Of a stretch of 21,152 nt of DNA, positions 10,906 to 21,056 are shown piece by piece. How positions within the stretch are numbered: position 1 is the stretch's first letter; the number at the start of each line of letters is the position of its first letter. Position numbers and translations under genes: made by a program. Source of the stretch: Bugula neritina. Its lineage: Eukaryota; Animalia; Bryozoa. The notes under the pieces were generated by a model, which saw nothing but the letters and a program-made list of their open reading frames with translations, was not told where the DNA came from and searched no databases. The stretch is from the NCBI GenBank assembly GCA_964035545.1, contig CAXIUT010000173.1, positions 1 through 21,152 of the forward strand, written 5' to 3'.

Positions 10906-11862
10906 ATCTGCTTTTTTAGTTGATTTTTATTGGTTTTAATGTTATTATGGCTTCTAATGAAGGCTTGCTTGTAGTTTTGAGGCTATAAGGGCATAAAATA
11001 GTTTATTGAACTTATCGTTTGTATTCTTTTTATTTTATTAGACTAATTGCTTTAATTATGCAGATTTATTTGATTTCAACTTTTTCAAATGTTTATTTAC
11101 CTCCTGAAATTAACTCAATCTCATCATATTATCCTCTTAGCTATTTCTGAAAGGTCTATGAAGATTTTTATCGTCCTAGCTATCATTTCTATGAGGTGAT
11201 TAATATATTTACTGCATTACTACTAAAGGTTGTTATTTTCTCAACTATCTAAGACTCATAAGTTCATCTTTGAAGACCTATACTGAAGATGTTTGTGGAT
11301 GAATGCGATAGAGGGGATACTTGTGGTTGAATCAACTTGTTTTCTTTTGATTTAGTGTAAGAGATCAGGTCTATTTTTAACAAACTTTTAATGTTAGAAC
11401 TATATTTAATTCTTATCTCCTCTTACTTTATGGAAATTATACATGTTTAGCTGTATTAGTGAGTATTACTTGTCTGACGAAAGAGGACATATTAGAATGT
11501 TTAAAATATTTGGGTAAAACTATTTATTAAAAAGCTCTTAAATTATGTATTTTGAAGGAACATATTGGTTGTATTCTTCGATGCAGAAGCTATCTCTATC
11601 CGTACCATTCTTGTCCTTGGTTCATTTGGTATAGATGTTGGTCTTGATTTTCACCCCAACTGACTATGCTGTCAAATTGTTTTTATTGCAAAATTGAATA
11701 GGTTTTTTGGATGAAGTTGTTGACTGATGGAATATTGGTAGATTTTCTTTATTTTTTTGGTTGATTTTAGTGGAGATTGGGAAGGGAGTGGTGCTGAATG
11801 AGTTGGATAGAAGGGATTTAGTTTTATTGTTTGATATTGTCTTTGCGGTCTTATTGTTTCAT
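10906..11862 (-). CDS. HSF: Heat shock transcription factor (HSF DNA-binding domain + HR-A/B-like coil), 3'-truncated at the internal telomere
   Basis: NNFIQKTYSIL...IVSW...SFKIHNLRAFEEIVLPKYFKHSNMSSFVRQ|LNMYNFHKV...FEHEKFVKNRPDLLHEIKRK; later heptads ending NDKFNKLFYALI. One apparent frameshift near 11300. The frame runs without TGA into the telomeric tract. Confidence 0.93.
11451..11469 (-). other. 19-nt intron in HSF DNA-binding domain
   Basis: GTAATACTCACTAATACAG precisely interrupts the invariant SFVRQ-LNMY motif. Confidence 0.95.
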
Positions 11863-11911
11863 GTTATTTATAATTATAGATGATGATGATATTTTGAATA
11901 TAGAGATTGAA

Positions 11912-13719
11912 TCATGGTGCTAGACAGCGTTTGAGTTGATCGATTATTTATTCCATTTAAGGTCTTCTGGTAGGATTTTAATGCCAGCATTTTCTGATTA
12001 GATTTTTTATTTATGGTTTTATTTGTTATGGTAGTTTAGGTCTAAAATTTTACTATGCAAATTTTATAACAACCTATCTGAGTGACAGTTGTCGATATTG
12101 TCTATTTTTGGTGACAATTTCATAGAGAATAATGCCAAAGGAGTAGATATCTGCAGGTTTTTTAGGCTTCAATATGATATTATTTTTATCTTTTAAATGC
12201 TAAATAGCTGTATACATATTTTTATTGGTATATCCTGTTATCAATGATAGATATTTCCTCATCGAATGAAGACCACACCCATTCAGAATGACTCTCTATC
12301 TGTCTGCGAAGGTGTGATTAGGCGAGAGACATCCATGAACTATCTAGTTGTCATGTAGCTATCTGATGGCTTCTGCTAGATCAATACCTAATTTTATGAT
12401 ATCTGATTCTGACTTTAATGAATCTACTTGAGAATCTAGATTGTTTTGATAATATTTTTATACCAAATGGATGATTTATCCTTCGTAGAAATATGATAGT
12501 TTTGAAAGGGATCGCATGTTGATTTGATTCCATAGACTGATCTCATTTTAGATATCTTAGAAGATGTATCTGGAGATTTAGTGTTTTGATATTCTGATGA
12601 TGTATTGTTTGTTTTATATTTATCCTTTCTTGACTACCCAGATTGATTATTATTTTGCTAGATTTATATCTTATAGATTTTTGAAACTTTTCAGTCTGAG
12701 TTCGAGAAGTTCTTATTCGTCTCTTGGGTCGGAGTTGTTGAGGTTCTTATCTAGAAGGGAATTCTATAAATCTTAAGAATAACGAGTAATTATACTTTAT
12801 TTATAGTCTAAGGTGGAAGGCTTGTAATTTAGTGATTGAACTACACTGCTTCTTAAACTATACATCACTGGTAACCCTTCAGTCAGTAAAATCAGTACTA
12901 TTGTTCCAACAAATAGTATAGCTAACACGATCTAGTAGGAAAGATTCCAGCTGCATATAGTTTCTTGGAATGAGCTAGGCACATAGAGAGCGATCAGTAG
13001 TTATAAAGTGATCATGAAAGTGCGGCTAAGCAAGATTATAAGTTGAACTTTATAGACTCTTTTAATGACTTAGTTTAATCTTGTCTAAACGAGAACTCCT
13101 GTCATTTTGAAGTTGAAGTAAAAGAATGTAACTAGGAAAATAATAACTACCAAGAGATTGAGACCAAGGCTGATACCATTCAATACGCTATAGTACAACT
13201 TATCAACGTCCATGATTATGAGAGGAATTATGAGGACGATACTGACTGCTACTTGGATGGTTCTGAGTCCAAGAGAGATGGCTCTTGATTTTTTCTGAAT
13301 TATGGAGACGATACTTGTGAAAATTTTTATTTAAGAGTAGAGAGGCAGAGTTCAAAATAGTGTTAGAGACTGACTAAAAACAATTCTATTACTACTAGAT
13401 CTGCTAGGATCATGCCTGACTTGATGAACATTTCAATATTATCTGTACTTAGATTTTAAAAAGAGTTAGTGAAGCCGACCACTACTTCTATCCCTGTGAT
13501 GCCGCAGAGGATGAGTTTTGTTCCAATGTAGAAGATAATGACGAAATAGTATCTTCTGTTGTAGAGTTCTATAAGTTTTTTTGCTCTTCTGATGACTATA
13601 AGGAGCAAACATATCAGGTAGATGGTGACCATTACTATCGCTAGGAAAAGAATCAGCACTGTTCTGGTATCAAGGGGATCGGCTTTGATGAAATGTTTGA
13701 TTGAAGTGTCACTATTCAT
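11912..13719 (-). CDS. Seven-transmembrane protein fused to a C-terminal TKL-type pseudokinase (~600 aa)
   Basis: Seven hydrophobic segments (last IVLAILFVGTIVLILLTEGLPVMY), linker, then LGIDLAEAIRELHDNEIVHGCLSPNH, VILNGCGL, YTAIE, ADIYSFGIILYEIVT, FRPKLP, LIRKCWHENPTRRP; TGA 11912-11914. One apparent missing base in an A-run near 13320. Confidence 0.85.
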
Positions 13720-13788
13720 TAGGTTAATATGAATGGTATAATATTATTAAAGCTATCAATATAGTTAAATAATAGATATTTAATGATA

Positions 13789-13844
13789 GTTGTATCATTT
13801 TTTGAAGGGACGTCGTTGTATCATTTTTTGAAGGGACGTCGTTG
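13789..13844. repeat. 26-bp exact tandem duplication spanning the chitin synthase stop codon
   Basis: GTTGTATCATTTTTTGAAGGGACGTC at 13789-13814 and 13815-13840, followed by GTTG. Confidence 0.95.
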
Positions 13845-16800
13845 GTTATGTTATTGTTCTTTCGATGACATACTAAGTTATCCTTAGTCTTCTTCTGCTA
13901 GTCTAAGATTGCTTTGACTAGCATTTTTTGAAATATTTATCCCATTTTTCTTCTTTAGGACTTCTTTGTATTTGCTATTATTAATTTGATTTTTTTGTTT
14001 AGCATTTTTTTGGTTTTGTTCTTCTTTAATTTACTACAAATGGTATTACAAAGGAGGTTTTTTTTAGAAGATATTTGCTCTCTTGTTTATAATAGCTGAT
14101 CTCTTTTTTTGTACATTAATTTTCATATAGGATTATTTGAATATTTTTTTAGATTTAGTATGTTGCATAAAGGATGATCCTTTATTTCCATTATTTTTAT
14201 AATTAAGATAGTCATTTGATACGTTTTCAAGAAAAGTTCTTACTTCTAACTGAACTTACTTTTAATATTTTTATATCTTTTAGATAATTCTTTTTTAAGC
14301 TCTGAATTGGGGAACAGGATCTTTGATTGTTACATTTGAGCACCAATATAAAAACATGTAGAGGATAGCTATTAGAATTTTTATAGCAAGAGTACCTCCT
14401 ATGAGTCCTATCATGATTAAGGTCACCATAAAACGAGGTGTGTAGCTTGATCCGAGAGTTAAGAGGACAGCACCAATGACGATGTTCCAAATGACATATT
14501 TACCTACATGGATAAACTTGATTAGTCTCCAAGAACCTTTTAGATCGCTATTTTTTGTTGAAGTGCTATCAAGACCTTTAGTTCCCCATGAAATATCATC
14601 AATTCTACAAAGTGAATAGATGTTGAGTATGCTTAGATAGGTTGGAGTGAAAAATAAGAATGAAAGGGCACCTAAAATAATTTAACAAAGAATATTAGTT
14701 TTTCCAAAAAATAGTAAATAGATTGAAATGGGAACAAGATAAACAGCAATAGAGCCAAGAAGTGCCCATCTCATGATTTAAATTGATTGATTGCCTCCTG
14801 GAACAGAATCAATGTTTGACTAATTTGTAACAAGAACTAGATAACAATAAAATTACATGTTTATTGACCACCTATAAGTCCTCGAACGAGATCTACAGTC
14901 AAAACTATAAAGACAATAAGCATAAATAACCCAAAAAGAGTTGATACAATGTATATGTAGGGTTTAAACTTCGAATTATTGTTGGTTAGATGAAGACTGA
15001 AAAAGATAATAGCTAGCAAAAGCATGACATAAATGAAGTCTATCGTGTAGACAAAGGCATTATAGAATTAGCTATTATTAGGATCAGAAACTACTCCTCC
15101 TAAAGCTTAAACAAGAACATCCTATCGAAATGCTTCCATAGCTATATGAACAGTAAAGAGAAATAGAGACGGTGCAAAGTAAGCCAGAGAGTTCATCAAA
15201 GTTAGGTAAAATATTTGAATATTAAGACCTATTTAACAACCATTTTGACTCTCGTGTTCAGAAAGTTATCTTTTGACCTTTTCAAAAGCAAAATAACTTC
15301 CATTGATCCACCTTTTTCTTTGACCCATCAAGCCATGGACTGTTTTAATAGGATCAACTTAAGCATAGGCATCAGGAAGGAAAGCCATTCCAAAGCCTTT
15401 TTTATGGATGCCCATACAAAGAATACGATCTTCAGCTAGATACACATTTTCATTGTAAAGCATAGCTTCATCAGACTCTGGGTCAATGTTTATACAACAA
15501 CTATTGATAAAGTCAGGAAAGGCAGTTCTAAGAATAGCATTTCTAACACCCATTTAGCTTTTCACTACTTTTCTATTTGCGAGTTTTTGATCTATTGAAG
15601 AAAAATAAGATTTCAATAGTGTATCGTCTTAATCATGATCATATCTTACTATAGCATTCATATTGTATGCTGAAAAAGCTCCAGGTAAGACATGAATGAA
15701 CCCAAAGGCAGCTTAGAAAGGCTTGTCCATTAAGTGAGCAAAGTGATACTAAACTTGTTGAGTTCTTTGAATGTCTGTGAATTTTGAGGTAATATAAGTC
15801 AAAAAGTCGATATCTTAGTCTTTAACTTCTTCTTACTCATGAACTTTTTCTATTTTAAGACTCATGTATCCACAAACACCTCCAACACCATGATTTTTTG
15901 TCATATATTTGTACATTTTAAGAAGAGCAACTCCTTCAGGTTTCAGTCCTACATCTAGTAAAACTGCATATCTGGGCTTTAATTATTTGCAAAAGCCATT
16001 GAAAAACCAGTTATGAGATGATAACTTTCCACTATTTTTGTACTTAACACATAAAAATAGGTTCATGTGAGTTGATTTTTCCAATCTTTAATCATGTTAA
16101 TCATTCAAACATCTTGCTTCAAAACTATTTGGATTTTTATCTAGCCAGGCTACTAATCTTTAGCTTTTTCTGAATTATATTTTCTTTCTGAAAGTAGCCA
16201 AGTAGGAAAGATCTTCTCTTGTATTGACATATTATTGACAATATCTGTATGCTTCTTGAAGTGCCTACATTACTATTGGTCGAGCTCTTCTAATATCAGA
16301 CATATATTCATCTATTAAAGCTTAGCTTTTTAATTTATTAATTTCTTCATCACTCTCGACATACTCTTTCTTTCTCTGCTTTTTTATCTACTCAAGGACA
16401 AAGATCTGCAACTTATGAGGAAGATCTTCGTAACGAGGTTTTTTCTTTTGAAATTATTTGATTTTTCCAAGAAGTTGCTTCTTTTATATGTAATCTGAGT
16501 GAATAGCTTCGAATCTTAAATTTTGACGTTCTATCAGTTAAACTGGATCAAATAAAAGAGCATTTGTATTTTTCATCTATTCTTCGTTGATTTCATCTTC
16601 AGTCATTGTTTTTGCTCTTTGATCCATCTCTTCAACAGTCAAGGAAGGAGGACTAAAGTTTCCTAGGTTGATATTGCAGCTGTGTTAGCATTATTAGAAG
16701 TAATGAACAACTGAATCATCTACTTTTTCGATTCCATCCATCATCACAAAGACTCCTATTTTATCAGGATCAATATTTTCGTAAGCAACTAGATTGGCAA

Positions 16801-17197
16801 TATTTTCTGAGACTCCAGCGAGAGTGTTTTTGAGCATAGCCTTATCTTAACTATACATGCAGATGCAGATGGCTAGTTAGATTCCTTCTCTTTGTTTTAA
16901 GAGAGAAAGAATGTTATCTTGACTATTTTATCTTAGTTCTGATAGAATTGCTCTGTCATGGATCCTCTCTATATTTTTGAGGATTCTTTTATCGCTATTA
17001 ATTGATGTTTTTACGGCTATTTTCAGTCCTGCAGGAAGAGAATCTGATTTAAGTTTAGAGTCTTCATCGAGGATTTCTGTTTGATAGGTTTTTAAAGCGA
17101 TTTCAATCGGCTTCAAGAAACCTCTGTGGAGAAGATCTTCGCTTTTGATCTTCTAAAGAGCCATCTAAACTATTCTGTTTGGATCTTACTCGGGCAT
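13821..17197 (-). CDS. CHS: Chitin synthase (GT2), paralog 1, ~1118 aa, one intron
   Basis: ICMYSED, VMMDG, KYKNSGKLSSHNWFF, LLDVG, GGVCG, QQVEY...DKPFEAAFGFIHVLPGAFSAY, YLAEDRILC, QRKRWING, TM helices, IDDISWGTKG. ATG 17197 to TGA 13821-13823; 3377-20=3357 nt is a multiple of 3. Confidence 0.96.
14837..14856 (-). other. 20-nt intron in CHS paralog 1
   Basis: GTAATTTTATTGTTATCTAG; same position as the intron in paralog 2. Confidence 0.88.
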
Positions 17198-17452
17198 TAT
17201 ATTTTTATACTTTTTAAGACATCTATCAGAAAATTAAGTCTATCGTTCCGCTAGACTTATTTAGGTCAAAATGAACAATAAAAATAGGATTTAGTTGATG
17301 AAGATGATAAATAAGAATGCTTTTTAGAGTTATTTTAGATTTTATTTTTCAATAAAACTAGCAATACATTGAAGTGATTAAATTAAAATAATCAATCTCG
17401 TAAGATAGATTCAAAGAATTAAATTTATTATATTAAATGATGGATAAATGAA

Positions 17453-20400
17453 TCACTTTTAAGATGATCTTTTAACATTTTTGAACTGTTACTTCTTTAA
17501 TTTATCTTGTGATTTTTATTTTGCTTTAAAGACTCCTCCTTCTTATTTCTATTGAATCCCAGGAACAATAGGTGGAAGATATTATCTTTTCGGAAGAGGA
17601 TTGACAAGTGCGTCTGAACTTCTCTCATGCTCACTTAAACCAGAACTATTTTGCATTATTTATTAATGAACAACTTTGTTGTTATTTTTAGTTTATGGTT
17701 TATTGACTTGTTTTTTATTACTTCCAGGTTCTTAAAGGATAGTAGGAAGAACTGTTTTTTTAGGTTTTAGTTTTCCTAATTTATTTATTCCACTTTGAAC
17801 TTTTGACAATTGATTTTGTTTTCTAAATGATTATGCTACATTTTTTTTTGTTCTTGAAGCTTGAATAAATGATCCAACTGCGTTATTGCTCATATACTAA
17901 TTTTTCATATTTTAAAGATGTGTTCTAACTTAGTCCATAATTTATCCCCTATAGCTATCAATAACTGTTCCAATTCTTGAATCAGTTTTAAGAACTACTC
18001 TTTTCTTTTTCAATGAATCACTTTTACACCAATATATCAACATATATATGACTCCAACTATGACCTTAATAGACATAGTAAAACCAATAAGGACAACCAT
18101 AAGAATAGTAACAAAGAATCGAGGCACATAACTAGATCCAAGAGTAAGTAGTGCTGCAGCTATGATGACATTCCAGATGACATATTTAGCAACATGAACA
18201 AATTTTATCAGTTTCCATGAATCTTTAAGATTGGCATTTTTAGTTGATGTGTTATCAAGACCTTTAGTTCCCCAGGAAATATCATCGATTCTGCATAAAG
18301 AGTAAATGTTAAGAATGTTTAAATAGGTGGGACTGTAGAAGAGAAATGAGAAACCTCCAAGAATGACCTAGCAGAGAATATGTGCGTTACCGAAAAGGAT
18401 GAGGTAGAACATGATAGGAACGATGTAGATGAGAATTGATCCTACTAGCATCCATCTCATCATGTTGATAGTTTAAATTCCTCCTGGAATTTATTCAATT
18501 AGAGCTGCATTTTGAATCAAAACTGAATAAAACCATAATTACATGTGTCATTATGAATTAGACCACGGATGACATCGACAGATAAGACAATAAATACGCA
18601 GATCATAAAAAGACCGAAAAGAGTTGATATTCCGTAAATATAGGGTTTGAATTTTTTGTTATTGTTAGTTAGGTGAAGACTGAAGAATACTATTGCCATC
18701 ATTAGCATGACATAGATGAAGTCAATAGTGTAAACAAAGGCATTGTAAAATTCACTACTGTTCGGATCTGACACGACTCCTCCTAATGCTTTAACTAGTA
18801 TATCTGATCGAAATGCTTACATGGCTATGTGAACAGTGAAGAGGAAAAGAGATGGAGCAAAATATGAAAGAGAGTTCATCAAAGTTAAGTAAAATATTTG
18901 AAGATTCAGACCAATCTCACATCCTATCTATTTTTCATGCTCAGAGAGCTATCTTTTGACCTTTTCAAAAGCAAAATAACTTCCATTGATCCACCTTTTT
19001 CTTTGGCCCATCAAACCATGGACTGTTTTAATAGGATCAACTTAAGCATAAGCATCAGGAAGAAAAGCCATTCCAAAACCTTTCTTATGAATACCCATAC
19101 AAAGAATACGATCTTCAGCTAGATACACATTTTCATTGTAAAGCATAGCTTCATCAGACTCTGAGTCGACAGTTATACAACAACTATTTATCATATCAGG
19201 AAAGGCAGTTCTAAGAACAGCATTTCTAACACCCATTTAGCTTTTAACTATTTTTCTATTTGCGAGTTTTTAATCGATCGAAGAAAAATAAGACTTTAAA
19301 AGAGCATCATCTTCTGTCTCGTCATATTTAACTATAGCATTCATATTGTAGGCTGAAAAAGCTCCAGGTAAGACATGAATAAAGCCAAAGGCAGCTTAGA
19401 AAGGCTTGTCCATTAAGTGAGCAAAGTGATACTAAACTTGTTGAGTTCTTTGAATGTCTGTAACTTTCGATGTAAGTCCAGTTAAGAAATCAACTTCATC
19501 ATCTTTAATTTATTCATCTGAAGAAACCTTTTCGATTTTAAGACTCATATATCCACAAACACCACCAATTTAAGGATATTTGACCATATAGTTATACATT
19601 TTAAGAAGAGCTACTCCTTCTGGCTTCAGTCCTACATCTAGTAAAACTGCATATCTGGGTTTTAGTTATTTGCAAAAGCCATTGAAAAACCAGTTATGAG
19701 ATGACAACTTTCCACTGTTTTTGTATTTCACACATAAAAATAGGTTCATTACTGTACTTGGTTCAGATTATTATAACTACTGGTTCAATAATTAATGATC
19801 GCTTTGAATATACTTTTTACTGTCAATTTTTTAATCTTCAATTTGACTTTAGACGATTTGGCTCCAAGAAAAAGGAACTTTCTTCCTGAAGAAAGATAAA
19901 TATGCTAAATCTTATCTACTTGAGATATAGCTTTTACAGAATATTTATGCTTAATTCAAGGCTTTCATGACTATAGGTCTAGTTCTATGTACATCTGAAG
20001 CATATTCTTCAAGAAGAGCTTTTTCAGGAATACTTTTAGCTTCTTAATCTGTTTCTAAATAATCTTTTTTTCTTTGTTGTCTAGCCTAATCAATGAAAAA
20101 TATTTGAAGTTTACTAGGTAAGTCATCATAAAGTGGTCTTCCTTTTTTTAGCTTTTGTATTGTTTTTAGAAGTTATTTCTTTTATTGATAATCTTGATGT
20201 ATTGATTCGAATCTTAATCGATTTCTTTATTAGATTTAAGCAGGATTAAACAAAAAGTTATTAACATTTTTCATTTATTATTAATTGATTTATTCTTCTG
20301 TCATTGTTGTTGCTCTTTTATGCATCTAAGCTACTGTAAGTGAAGGAGCAATATTGCTTCCAAGATTTATATTGCTACTTCTCTAGCACTATTAGAAGTA

Positions 20401-20892
20401 GTGAACGACTGTTTTATCTACTTTTTAAATTCCATCCATCATTACAAAGACACCTATTTCATCAGGATTGATATTTTAAAGTGCTACTAAGTTGGCTATA
20501 TTTTCTGAGACTCCTGCTAAAGTACTTTTAAGCATAGTTTTGTCTTAACTGTACATACAGATACAGATAGCTATTTTTATTCCTTATTTTTGTTTCATGA
20601 GGGTAAGCATATTGTCTTGATTATTTTATTGTAGTTCTTGGTAACTTTATTTTTCATAGATTTATTCAATATCTTTGAGAATTTTTTTTTCACTTTATAG
20701 TGATGACTTGACAGCTATTTTGAGGCCTCCTGGAAGAGAGTCAGGCTTCAGATGGGAATCATCTTTAAGCAATTATGTTTTGTGAGTTTTAAGTGCAATT
20801 TAGATGGGTTTAAGGAAGCCTTTGTGGGTGATATCTTACCCTTTAATGTTTGAACATGCAATCTAAACTAGTTTTTGTGCTTCTCTTTACAT
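17453..20892 (-). CDS. CHS: Chitin synthase (GT2), paralog 2, ~1139 aa, one intron
   Basis: Collinear with paralog 1 (MEREAQKLVEI...GFLKPIEIALKT, CMYSED, VLPGAFSAY, YLAEDRILC, QRKRW, DDISWGTKG). ATG 20892 to TGA 17453-17455; 3440-20=3420 nt is a multiple of 3. Confidence 0.96.
18523..18542 (-). other. 20-nt intron in CHS paralog 2
   Basis: GTAATTATGGTTTTATTCAG; the unspliced frame ends at TGA (the supplied ORF 18517..18774), the spliced frame continues FLIQNAALIEEIPGG. Confidence 0.9.
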
Positions 20893-21056
20893 GATAAAAG
20901 TTTCAAATTAGATATGATTATAAGTATAGCTTTTTTCAATTTGAAATAAACTCATAAAGCTAGACTTATCTATTAAACCACTTATTTCATCAAACTAAAC
21001 TATTATTTATCATCATACGATATTTAAGAATAAATCCATATTTTCAATCAAAGGTA

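Noticed and set aside
11863-12165. TGA-free frame upstream of and in frame with the HSF ATG, suggesting a longer HSF or a kinase-HSF fusion
   Set aside because: The kinase motifs lie in a different frame with its own TGA at 11912-11914; long open frames arise easily with one stop codon.
13789-13844. CRISPR-like direct repeat
   Set aside because: Two adjacent copies with no spacer, no cas genes, eukaryotic context.
1198-19889. Most ORFs in the supplied standard-code track (e.g. 1198-1419, 4663-4851, 6032-6268, 9160-9456, 9869-10195, 10060-10777 minus, 14227-14490, 15215-15439, 18898-19122, 19701-19889)
   Set aside because: They are antisense or off-frame shadows of real genes. The others are fragments of longer genes cut at TAA/TAG, which are Glu codons here.
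1130-20892. Standard ciliate code (UAR=Gln) or a split code such as UAA=Lys / UAG=Glu
   Set aside because: Both TAA and TAG occupy invariant Glu positions, and TAA swaps with GAA between paralogs.
20970-20990. TAAACCACTT resembling the Tetrahymena chromosome breakage sequence (TAAACCAACCTCTTT)
   Set aside because: Only a partial match in AT-rich DNA, and the Tetrahymena Cbs is removed from macronuclear ends.
107-21056. rRNA, tRNA or other ncRNA genes and mobile elements
   Set aside because: None recognised; spacers are short and AT-rich. A tRNAscan/Infernal run would be needed to exclude small RNAs formally.
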